64,000 nt of DNA from Polyangiaceae bacterium (lineage in GTDB: Bacteria; Myxococcota_A; Polyangia; Polyangiales; Polyangiaceae), in assembly GCA_965222375.1 (NCBI GenBank), contig CBDCTZ010000013.1, positions 544,001 through 608,000 on the forward strand. The letters are read 5' to 3'. Below the pieces are notes generated by a model, which made no database searches, was not told where the DNA came from, and saw nothing but the letters and a program-made list of their open reading frames with translations. Position 1 is the first letter of the stretch. Each line of letters starts with the position of its first letter. This document shows positions 36,478-46,185 of this stretch, piece by piece. A program made the translations under genes and the position numbers.

Positions 36478-38583
36478 ATGGTCAAGCGGATTACGGGGGC
36501 GGCGCTGCTGTGGGTTTCCATCACGCTGGCGGCATTCTTCGGATGCAGCAGCGACGAGGGCGGCAAGACCGTCTCGAACAACGGCGGAAGCGGCAATGCA
36601 GCAGCAGCCGGCGGCGCCGGTGGCGGCAGCGGCGGGTTGATCGACATAGACGCAAACACCCAGCAGCTGACCGTAGAGCCAGCCAGCGTGACCCTCACCG
36701 TCACCGACAAGGCAGTCAGCGTGAACCAACAGTTCACGGCCAAGCTCGGCGGCACGTCGGTTCCTGCTGTGTGGACCCTGGACGACTACAACCTGCTCGC
36801 CATCGACGCCAACGGCTTGGCGACCTCGACGGGCATCGTCGCGGGCAAGGTCAAAGTCACTGCCACCGCTTCCGGCAAGACCGGCACGGCGGACCTGACC
36901 ATCAACGTCGACTTGAAGGAAGATGTCGACGCCAACATCGACCCCGGCAACAAGACGGCCCTGGGCGGGAGCCCGACAGCAGACCCAGGGCCCAACGCGA
37001 GCAAGTTTCTCTACCCCTACCATCAAACGGTGTTGCCCAAGGGAGTGGTGGCGCCCCTGGTGATGTTCAGCCCTGGGTCGATCTCGCCGGAGTCTGCGTC
37101 GCTGAAGCTCAGCGGCGGTGGCTTCTCGTGGCAGGGGCTGTACACCGTATCCGCGCCAGCGACGCCACGGCTCACCATCCCTCAAGACATTTGGGACGCC
37201 GCCATGTCGAGCGCCGCGGGCGGCACCCTCAAGGCCGAGGTCGTCAAAGCCAACGCTGGCGCCGCCTATGGCCCCTACGCGATCGACATCACGGCTGCGC
37301 CAGGCTCGCTCAAGGGCGTCGTCTACTACATGACCTACGAAAACCCGACCGGGCTCTACGCCGCGCGCCCCGGCAACACCCAACCCGCCAAGCAGGTGAA
37401 GAGCGGCTGCGTGGTCTGTCACTCCGTCTCTGCGAACGGGAAGTTTCTGTCCACCGGCGCCGAGGTCAACCAACAGAGCGCCGAAAGCGGCGTGTATGAA
37501 GTCGATCTAGCTGGCAACGCCACCCAGGTCTCCCAGTCCCCGCCGGGCCTCGGCGGAGACTCCCGAGGGCTGAGCTTTGCCGCATGGACCCCCGACGGCA
37601 AATACGTCATGCGCTCCCAAAACGACTTCTGGGGCGGCGTGAACCAGATGGCTTGGAAGGTCGACTCAGCAGGCAAGAAGTTGGATCAAGCCACCGTGGT
37701 CGGGCTAGGTGCCAATGTCAGCGCCTACCTCCCCGCCTTCTCCCACGACGGTAAGTTTCTAGCCTTCACCCAAGGCAATGGTGAGACGGGAGCCCCGGGC
37801 ACGGCCATTCGCTCCATTGATGTCATGGACGTGTCCATCAACGAGAGCAGCGGGCCCTTTGGCACCCTCACCTTCAGCAACCGCCGCGTCGTGCTCGACA
37901 ATGGAGCCACAGGCAAGGTCGCGAAGTACGCCACCTTCCTCCCCGACTCCAACTTGATCGTGCTGCAGGAGAGCCAGGCTTTCGATCCGGCCCATGGCGG
38001 CATGCTCGCGACTCGAAATGCATCAGGGCAATACGGTGCCGCGGATGGACGCCTGAACTTGATCGACATTGCCGCCAAGGGGCACATCGAGCTCAAGCGC
38101 GCCAACGTGGGCAATGTGCCCACGGACGAAGACAAGAACTTCGAGCCCTTCGCCCTACCCATACCCGCGGGCGGCTACTACTGGGTCGTGTTCACCAGCA
38201 TTCGCGAATACGGCAACGTGCATCAGGGGTCCGCGACGCGCAAACAACTCTGGGTCGCGGCGATCACGCCCGGCAAGACCACCACGGACCCGAGTCACCC
38301 CGCGTTCTATCTGCCCAATCAAACGGATACCAAGAACGAGCGCGGCTTTTGGGCCCTCGACCCCTGCAAACCCAAGGGCGATAGCTGCGTCAACGGCGAC
38401 GAATGCTGCGACGGCTTCTGCCGCCCAAGCGACTCTACGGATCCATCCTCTCCAAAGATCTGTGGCGAACCCGAGGGCTGCGCCCAGATCTCCGAGAAGT
38501 GCACCACCAACGCCGACTGCTGCTCTGCCTCTACCGGCATCACCTGTCTCGGGGGCTTCTGCTCGCCCCAACCACCCAGCTGA
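36478..38583 (+). CDS. Lipoprotein with Ig-like domain, TolB/PD40-like propeller and Cys-rich tail
   Basis: FFGC lipobox; AWTPDG, PAFSHDG, WVVFTS.REYGN, DPSHPAFYLP; one CVVCH. Confidence 0.8.
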   Translation: MVKRITGAALLWVSITLAAFFGCSSDEGGKTVSNNGGSGNAAAAGGAGGGSGGLIDIDANTQQLTVEPASVTLTVTDKAVSVNQQFTAKLGGTSVPAVWTLDDYNLLAIDANGLATSTGIVAGKVKVTATASGKTGTADLTINVDLKEDVDANIDPGNKTALGGSPTADPGPNASKFLYPYHQTVLPKGVVAPLVMFSPGSISPESASLKLSGGGFSWQGLYTVSAPATPRLTIPQDIWDAAMSSAAGGTLKAEVVKANAGAAYGPYAIDITAAPGSLKGVVYYMTYENPTGLYAARPGNTQPAKQVKSGCVVCHSVSANGKFLSTGAEVNQQSAESGVYEVDLAGNATQVSQSPPGLGGDSRGLSFAAWTPDGKYVMRSQNDFWGGVNQMAWKVDSAGKKLDQATVVGLGANVSAYLPAFSHDGKFLAFTQGNGETGAPGTAIRSIDVMDVSINESSGPFGTLTFSNRRVVLDNGATGKVAKYATFLPDSNLIVLQESQAFDPAHGGMLATRNASGQYGAADGRLNLIDIAAKGHIELKRANVGNVPTDEDKNFEPFALPIPAGGYYWVVFTSIREYGNVHQGSATRKQLWVAAITPGKTTTDPSHPAFYLPNQTDTKNERGFWALDPCKPKGDSCVNGDECCDGFCRPSDSTDPSSPKICGEPEGCAQISEKCTTNADCCSASTGITCLGGFCSPQPPS

Positions 38584-38661
38584 GTTGCGTTCGCGCGACT
38601 AGCGGTACAAGCAAGCGCATCCGGCGGCGCCGCGCGCAACTCCGGCCCGTCTTGCCGCGAT

Positions 38662-39270
38662 TCAGTTCGGGTCGAAGACTTCGTTGACGCAACCGGCAAG
38701 CCCCTGAGCGCAACCTGCTTGTACGCAAGTCATCACCTCCGCCTTGCCTGCATCGCTCAGACCATCGAACAGAGCGCGGCAGGCCAATGTGTCATCTCCG
38801 CAGTTGGTCTTGACGAGCTGACACGACGCATCCGTCGATGGGTCCACGCAAGCGCTGCTCAAAGTCGACACAATGCACGCCGTGTTGACGGCGAGGCACT
38901 CGGCTACGGTCCCGCCGCATTGCGTCGCGCACGCGTTCGCCTGGCAGCTGCGGGAGTCGTAGGCCATCTTCGGCTTCAATAGGGGCAACGCGTGGGTGCA
39001 GAACGGACCGCAAATGGGACCCAGGTTCGAACACGTGCCGGCGGGGTGGTTGGGCAAATCGGCCACTGTGTCGTCGCAGCCCGCGTCTGCCGTGCCGCCG
39101 GTTCCGGCGGTGCCACCCCCTGCATCGGCTGTTGTGCCACCTGTTCCACCTCCCCCGGACCCCGAACTCGCGCCAGTACCTGCGCCTCCCCCAGTATTGC
39201 TCCCATCGGAAGTACTCGAACCACAGCCGACTAGCACCACGGACAGGAACAGCAATTTCCACCTTCGCAT
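38662..39270 (-). CDS. Small Cys-rich lipoprotein
   Basis: MRRWKLLFLSVVLVGC lipobox, Gly linker, multiple Cys. Confidence 0.75.
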   Translation of the reverse strand: MRRWKLLFLSVVLVGCGSSTSDGSNTGGGAGTGASSGSGGGGTGGTTADAGGGTAGTGGTADAGCDDTVADLPNHPAGTCSNLGPICGPFCTHALPLLKPKMAYDSRSCQANACATQCGGTVAECLAVNTACIVSTLSSACVDPSTDASCQLVKTNCGDDTLACRALFDGLSDAGKAEVMTCVQAGCAQGLAGCVNEVFDPN

Positions 39271-39361
39271 GGTCGAGACTCTGTCACGGCGTGTGGCATC
39301 GCGCACTTCTCCATTTCAGGCGCGTGCTGACGGCAGCGCGCGCCGCTGCTGCACTTTCGCC

Positions 39362-41674
39362 ATGTTGCGTCGCATTCTTGCTTTCTCTCTGGTGGGCTGT
39401 ACGTTCTTCATCGCCTGGGCCTGCGGTGGTGAAGAGGGGGGCGTCGCGGGTACCGGCGGCATCGTGGACGTTGGCGGCGCAAGTGGCAGCGCTGGCGCCG
39501 CAGCGGGTGGCGGCGTCATCAACACGGACGGCAGCACCGGCTGCCCCGGCGGTTGCGACGGAGGCGTTTGCTTGAATGGGAGTTGCTGCGCCTCAGAAAA
39601 CGTGTGCGATACGGCTTGCTGCGCCTCAGGAGATGTCTGCTCCTTCGGCAAGTGCGAGACGCCAGGCAAGAAGTGCATCGACGCAACCGAGTGCGCACCC
39701 GGCGAGATCTGCGACTACTCCCTGGGCGAGGATCCAGGGGATGGCAGCACTCCGGACGCGGGCGCAGATGCCGGCAGCTGCCAAGGCGGCGCAACCCTAC
39801 GCACAGGCAAGTGCCTGCCCAAGCCGCCGGAGTGTCCTGCAGGGGTCACGCCCAAGCCGGGTGAGCCCATCACTTGCTTGCCGGTCTGTGAGCACAAGCC
39901 CCAGATTGGGAAGTTCGAACCAGTCCTCAAAGCGCACTGAAAGGGCGGCAACATCATGATGGCGTCCATCGTGATTCAGCTCGATGATGACAATTGCGAC
40001 AACATCATCGACGACCGCGACATCCCCGAGATCGTGTTTGCGACCTTCCTCTCCAGCAAATACAACGAGAACGGCACCTTGTGGGCGGTCTCCCTCATCG
40101 ACGGCAAGCTGGTCGAGAAATGGAACGTCAATCCAAAGACGGACGGCATTCAGCCCGGGCGCTCCATCGCCGGCGGCAACATCGACGGTCTGCCCGGCAA
40201 CGAGGTCGTCACCTGCACCCAGACCGGCAAGGTCCGCGCCCTCAAGGGGGACGGCAACCCGCTATGGACCAGCGGCGCCGGCGGCTGCTTCATGCCGAGC
40301 ATCGGAGACCTGGACGGCGACGGTGCCCCGGAAGTCGTGGTCGAATCGCGGGTGCTCGACGGCAAGACCGGTGCGACCAAGGCCACGCTCACGCCGGCAA
40401 ACTCCGCCAACATCGTGCTGAGCGACATGACCGGGGATGGCAAGCTAGACATCGTCACGCCGACCCGCCTGTACAAGGCCGACGGCACGTTGATCGCGGA
40501 CACGGGCCTCGACGGCCGCTACCACGCCATCGGCGACTTCGACAAAGACGGCAAGGCCGAAGTCGCCAGCATCGACAAGGCCAAGCACTTGCTGAGCGTG
40601 TGGCACTACGACGCCGCCGCGAGCGGCAAGTTCAAAGTGATTCGCACGGGCATCGACATCAACGGCACCAATCCAAACATCTGCCCGCCCGGCTCGAGCG
40701 GCTCCACCACCGGTGGTGGTCCGCCCACCGTGGGCGACTTCAACGGCGACGGCACCCCAGACGTCGCGGTCGCCGGCGGCATTGGCTACACAGTGATCGA
40801 CGGCACAAAGATCCTCAACCCCGCGGTACCCGCGAACCAAACCAACCTGTGGCTGAAGAACACCAAGGACTGCTCGAGTGCGGCCACGGGCTCGAGCATT
40901 TTCGACTTCGAAGGCGATGGTCTCGCTGAAGCGGTGTACTCCGACGAACACTACTTCCGGATCTACAGAGGCACCGACGGCCAGGAGCTGTGGAAGACCT
41001 GCAACACAACCGGCACGCTTTTCGAATATCCCCTCGTGGCAGACGTGGACGCCGATGGTCAGGCCGACATCGTGGTCATCAGCAACGACTACTCGAGCAT
41101 CACCTGCGAGGGCATCAAGACCCGCGGCCTGCGAATTTGGGGTGACGACAAAGGCAACTGGGTGCGCACGCGCCGGATCTGGAACCAGCACGCCTACCAC
41201 GTGACCAACGTGAACGATGACGGCTCCATCCCAGCCAACGAAGCCAAGAACTGGACCCAGCCCCGCCTCAACAACTTCCGCCAGAACGTGCAGCCGGTCG
41301 GCGAGTTCTCGGCGCCAGATTTGATAGTGAGTCTAGTGCCCCGTTGCGTCAGCGGCTTCCAACTCGTCGCCACCGTGCGCAACATCGGCCAGGCCAGCGT
41401 GCCTGCGGGCGTCGTAGTCGGTTTCTACGAAAACGATCCGGCCAGCGGCGGAACCCTGCTGGGCACAGGCACTACGAACAAGACGCTCTATCCTGCGGAG
41501 GCCGAAGACGTCGTTCTCTCCCTCGCCTCGCCCGCACCGAACGTCACCGACGGAACCAGCCTGCTGTACGCAGTGGTCGACGATGGCAACCCACCCCACG
41601 CCTGGGTCGAATGCCGCCAGGACAACAACACGAGTGAAGGCACCAGCGGCGTGTGCAGCGGCGTGCCGCGTTGA
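39362..41674 (+). pseudogene. FG-GAP/VCBS repeat + CARDB lipoprotein interrupted by one in-frame TGA (39938-39940)
   Basis: ORFs ending at 39940 and starting at 39956 are in the same frame (VLKAH*KGGNIMM); DLDGDG/DFNGDG repeats; VRNIG..VPAGVVVGFY. Confidence 0.7.
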
Positions 41675-41715
41675 CCCCCTCGACAGGGGCGCCCGAGGTG
41701 TCAGACTTTGCGCCC

Positions 41716-42456
41716 ATGCGTCGATGGATCCGCATGGCCGCCTGCACTTTGACGCTCGGCTGGCCGAGCGCCACCGAGGCTGCGCCCAGGAGGTCGAAAC
41801 CGGCGCCGCGCCCCGCGATCATGGATGTGGTCACCGGGATCCGGTTGACGATGACGGATTCGCTCTACAGCCACACGACTCGAGTGAATACGAAAACAGG
41901 CTACTACCAGTTCGATTGCTCGGCCATGGCGGCATGGGTGCTGCGTCGTTCCGCACCCGTCGCCCTCGGCTCGGTCATGTACAATAAGAAGAACGCTCGG
42001 CCCTTGGCGCGAGACTTCTACTACCGGATCGCACGAACACCTGCGGGAAAGCCGCGTTGGGGATGGCAGCGGGTCAGCCGGGTGCAGGATGCGCGCCCCG
42101 GGGACGTGATCGCATGGCTCCGCCCGAAGATGCTCCGCTCACAAAACACCGGACACGTGGCCTTCGTCGTGGAGCCGCCGGTCCCGTGGCCAGAGACCGC
42201 GGGCGCCTACTTGCTGCGAATCGCTGATGCGTCTCGATACCAACACGAAAACGACACGCGTCGAGGAACCGGCCGCACCGGCTTCGGAATTGGCACCATC
42301 TTGGTCCTAGCGGACATCGAGAGCGCCTTGAAGGGAGACTTTGCCGCTGCCACCTCGGGCTGTTTCGGCGTCGGCACGATGAATCCAAAGTCGCCATCCC
42401 CAGCCTCGAAGTTCACCTCGCGCACGAAATGCTGCCGCTGCTCGGCGCGATCGTAG
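41716..42456 (+). CDS. Secreted NlpC/P60- or CHAP-like amidase; native C-terminus probably lost
   Basis: FDCS, ARPGDVIAW and TGHV motifs; after about 42318 it reads the antisense of the neighbouring gene. Confidence 0.65.
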   Translation: MRRWIRMAACTLTLGWPSATEAAPRRSKPAPRPAIMDVVTGIRLTMTDSLYSHTTRVNTKTGYYQFDCSAMAAWVLRRSAPVALGSVMYNKKNARPLARDFYYRIARTPAGKPRWGWQRVSRVQDARPGDVIAWLRPKMLRSQNTGHVAFVVEPPVPWPETAGAYLLRIADASRYQHENDTRRGTGRTGFGIGTILVLADIESALKGDFAAATSGCFGVGTMNPKSPSPASKFTSRTKCCRCSARS

Positions 42457-42608
42457 ACAATCAACACCTGCTCTTGCCGAATCGTCGGAATCGACTGCTC
42501 CAGACTGCGCGGTACGAACATGCCGCACGCCTCTGCGGATGCCGAGCGAAACGTTGCAGCAGCGAAGGCGCCGAACGCGAATAGGAAAGCGGCATGAGAA
42601 AGCTTCAT
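42207..42608 (-). pseudogene. DUF2330-like secreted protein, N-terminal fragment
   Basis: Signal peptide then ACGMF, EQVLIVYD..QHFVREVNF..DFGFIVPTPKQPEV; family-like sequence stops near 42320. Confidence 0.65.
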
Positions 42609-42674
42609 GGTCACCTCGTCCGCGAACCCTAGCCCAGGACCGGGTCGGACGTGGCCTCGAAAGCTGCCTGCAGC

Positions 42675-43646
42675 TCAACCCAGCTCGCGGCTGGTCAGCC
42701 AGTCGGCCAAGGGTGAGAAGACCTGCGCTTGGGCAGGCCGGCTGATGAAGAGATCCGCGTGGGCGAACCAAGTTTTCTCATCACCGACGAGCAAGCGATC
42801 GCCCTGAGGCAGAGCAGAAAGGGCGCTCTCGGCGGACTCGAGAGGCACGATGCCATCCCGATTCGCCACCACGCACAAGAACGGCCGATCGACCTCGTTC
42901 AGGGCTTCCGCCACATTGATCCCCGATACCACCAGATCGCGGTTCTTGACCCAGCGAGCGATCTCGCCATTGAGCTTCGGGATCGGGTCTTCCACGGTCT
43001 GAAGTAGTTCATCGAGACCAGCCACGTCCACGATGTCCGCGTTCATGTAGAGCGAAAGCAGTTTCGGAAAGCGACGCACTACTGGCAGTGCACGCTCGGC
43101 CATGCGTCGCGTTCCGGAAACCCGAATGCGCTTGGCAACGCGGGCTGAAACGAAGAGCGCGCGGAGGAATCGATGGGTCTTGTCCCAGCGCAGTGGTGCG
43201 CCCATGCCAACGATCGAGCCGATGCCGTGGTCGCGCAAGTGGTGGGCCAAGTAGGTGTAGATGTAGGTGCCGCCCAGGCTGCAGCCGATCACATCGATGC
43301 GCTTCTGCTGACTTTCGGTTGCGTTGCGCACCTGATCTAGGGCATTGGGCAGATCCTTCAAGGCGAGATCCCGAAAGCCCGAGTTGCGATCACCACCCAT
43401 GGAGCGGGACTCGCCCTGGCCACGCAGATTGGAGGTCCAGACTTCCATACCCCGCCCCGTCAGGTATTCGATCAGGGACGGCCCGCTTGGATGAAATGTG
43501 AGCGGCGTGGTGTTCATGCAGTAGCCCGGCACGATCAGCACCGGACGCAGCTCTGGATTCAGATGTTTCGGCGCCCAATGCTGACGCACATCCAGGGACC
43601 ATCCCGCAGCCGTTGGCCAATAACGCCGCACTTGCATGGGCGGCAT
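42675..43646 (-). CDS. Alpha/beta hydrolase (PHA synthase-like fold)
   Basis: PVLIVPG, GCSLGG, DGIVP and HADL motifs. Confidence 0.85.
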   Translation of the reverse strand: MPPMQVRRYWPTAAGWSLDVRQHWAPKHLNPELRPVLIVPGYCMNTTPLTFHPSGPSLIEYLTGRGMEVWTSNLRGQGESRSMGGDRNSGFRDLALKDLPNALDQVRNATESQQKRIDVIGCSLGGTYIYTYLAHHLRDHGIGSIVGMGAPLRWDKTHRFLRALFVSARVAKRIRVSGTRRMAERALPVVRRFPKLLSLYMNADIVDVAGLDELLQTVEDPIPKLNGEIARWVKNRDLVVSGINVAEALNEVDRPFLCVVANRDGIVPLESAESALSALPQGDRLLVGDEKTWFAHADLFISRPAQAQVFSPLADWLTSRELG

Positions 43647-44166
43647 CCTAGGCCGGCACGCAGCCGGGTAGGAAGCCCGGCGTCCAATTCAGGCGGGTGG
43701 GTCGGGATGCACCGCCAATCCCGCCTTGGCTCGCGTCGGGCAGACGGGGCAGTAGGGAGGGCTGGCGGTCATCACGTTGAGGGCGACCTTCCGGCGCCAG
43801 ACGCTCGGTTGAAAGGTGATGGGCTGACTGCTTCCGGTATGCACCATCGAGCAAAAGCCGCCGCCAAAGAACGGCACCCACTGGCCCTGGAGCGTCATGT
43901 CTCCAACATGCACCCAGTCGTACACAAAGAAAGCACTTCGGCAACGGGTTCACCGGTCTCGTCGGCGACGTGGCCGGAACACGCAACCATCAAACCCAAA
44001 CTTGCCAGGAACGGGCCGCAAACTCTCATGGTTTCCAGAAAGCCAGCGCCGGGCGCGAGCGTCAACACGGCGGGCGCCGTGCCGCCGACAACGTCACCCC
44101 CCAGCGGGACAGCGGCGCTGGGATGGCGGAAGTGCAATTGCGGCAGATGCGGAGTATCGTCCGCGG

Positions 44167-44835
44167 ATGAAGCTAACAATCGGGCCTTTCTTCGCGATCG
44201 CTCTGCTTTCGTGTGCGTGCAGTTCGAGCGGCAGCAGCGGCGGCCCAGGGGGAAGCGCCGCAGGCGCGGCGACGGGGGGCAGCGCCGGCCTCGGCACCGG
44301 CGGCTTCGGCGGCACGTCCGGAGCGGGAGGGACGAGCACGGGGGGCGCTACCGGCAATCCGGTGATCGAGGTCGATACCAGCATGGGCAAGATGGTGATC
44401 GAGCTCGATGCCGTGAACATGCCCACGACGACCAAGAACTTTCTGGAATACGTCGACGCTGGGTTCTACACCGGCACCATCTTCCATCGAGTAATCCCCG
44501 ACTTCGTGATTCAGGGCGGAGGCTTCAGCTCGGGGCTCACTCCGAAACAGACGAATCCTCCCATCGCCCTGGAGACGAGTCCACAAATCCTCCATGACTA
44601 CGGCGTGATCTCCATGGCGCGCACCAGCGCCCCCAACAGCGCCACCAGCCAGTTCTTCGTCGTGAACGCCAAGGCCGGTTCTCATAGCCTCGACGGCTCC
44701 TATGCCGCCTTCGGTCGTATGAAGGAAGGCGACGCCGTGCTCGACGCCATCAGCTCCGTGCCCACCCAGACGAGCGGCAGCTACAAGGACGTTCCGACGA
44801 CGGAAGTGGTCGTCAACAGCATCACACGCAAGTAG
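44167..44835 (+). CDS. Cyclophilin-type peptidyl-prolyl isomerase, lipoprotein
   Basis: FHRVIPDFVIQGGG, SMARTSAPNSATSQFF, YAAFG. Confidence 0.95.
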   Translation: MKLTIGPFFAIALLSCACSSSGSSGGPGGSAAGAATGGSAGLGTGGFGGTSGAGGTSTGGATGNPVIEVDTSMGKMVIELDAVNMPTTTKNFLEYVDAGFYTGTIFHRVIPDFVIQGGGFSSGLTPKQTNPPIALETSPQILHDYGVISMARTSAPNSATSQFFVVNAKAGSHSLDGSYAAFGRMKEGDAVLDAISSVPTQTSGSYKDVPTTEVVVNSITRK

Positions 44836-45237
44836 CGACCCACAGATTCGGCCCAGCCCCCAGCGGGCGCCCTGCCGGCAGCGCGTCGGAACGAAGCCGG
44901 CTACGATCACCTCGAGAGTCGGATTGTTCGGACCCGAGCCTGGACGCAAGGAGTACGTCTCTTCGCAACCATCCCCTCACACGCAACTGTAGCGCGTGAC
45001 ACATGATGTCGCCTATCTAGGAGAACCATGCCCGGAAAATCCGCCGAGCTGGATCCAGCCACGGGCTCAACGGCGATGCCTTCGACTTTGGCCTGGGTCG
45101 AGAGTCGTGGCCCAGACCGCCCCAGAGACGCGACCCAAACCCCAAACCAACCCACGTGAAGGGCCGTCTCTGCCGCAGGCTTTGCGCGCAGTTTGGCGGT
45201 TGTGGGCGAGGCGCGCTTTCGGGCACCATGGCTCGCC

Positions 45238-46185
45238 ATGCGACCTTCGCTCACTTCTTCCGCGGCCATCTTCCTAGCGCTGAGCTGCGCTCTGGCCTGC
45301 GACAAGTCTGACAAACCGGCCGGGACTTCCTCCGGGGGCGGCGCGGCCATGGGCAGCCCGAAAGCGACGGCCGAGGTCAAGGCTGGTCAGAAGACCTTCG
45401 AGACCCAATGCGTGGCCTGCCACACGATTGGAAAGGGCGATCGCACTGGACCGGATCTCAAGGGAGTGACCAAGCGGCGCACGTCCGAGTGGCTCACCAA
45501 ATGGATGCGTGACCCCGTTGCCATGGGCGCAACGAATCACATCGGCAAGGAAGTGTCTGCGAAGTACGGCGAAGTGATCATGCCGGACTTCGAGTTGAGC
45601 GATCCGCAGATCGCCGAGCTACTCGCCTTCTTGAAGTATGCCAGCGCCACAGGTGGCTACGAGCCACCCAAGGAAGCGCCCCGTGCGCTAGCCGGAGCCG
45701 ATCTGGAAAAAGCGAAGAGCATCTACTTCGATCGCTGCGCAGGCTGCCACGGTGACCGCCGGCAGGGTGCTGCAGGGCCGGCTCTGACTCCGGAGCGCAC
45801 CCGCAAGCTGGGCAGCGTCGTATTGCGAGCAACCGTGAGTCACGGCAGCGCCGGGGGAATGCCAGCTTGGGGTGAACTCGGGATCCTATCCACCAAGGAA
45901 GTGGACCTGGTCGCCCAATACCTGCAGATGCCTCCGACGGACGCGCCCTCGCTGCCCTTGGAAGAGATCGCCAAAAACCACGTGCTCAAGGTCGCGGTGG
46001 CGGATCGACCCAAGGCGCCCGCTCACAAGCGAAACTGGAAGAACTTCTTCGCCGTGGTGATGCGTGACCAGGGAGAGCTGGCCATCATCGATGGCGACTC
46101 GAAGGAGAAGCAGACGGCCGAGATCTCACCCCTTCGGGTATCGGGAAGCCCGTCGCGGCGGATTAGGGGAAGGGGGGGCCCATGA
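45238..46185 (+). pseudogene. nirS: Cytochrome cd1 nitrite reductase (NirS)-like gene with an extra N-terminal cytochrome c, truncated at the start of the d1 propeller
   Basis: CVACH; IYFDRCAGCHG.RQGAAGPAL; GGMPAWG; NFFAVVMRDQGELAIIDGDSKEK, then similarity ends near 46110. Confidence 0.75.

Noticed and set aside
39938..39940. Selenocysteine or genetic-code reassignment of TGA
   Set aside because: TGA terminates many ordinary genes in this window, the context is not a redox motif, and no convincing SECIS is visible.
44995..45013. GTGAC-N7-GTCGC as a third RegA box upstream of the nirS-like gene
   Set aside because: Spacing and core differ from the two good boxes and such matches are expected by chance at this GC content.
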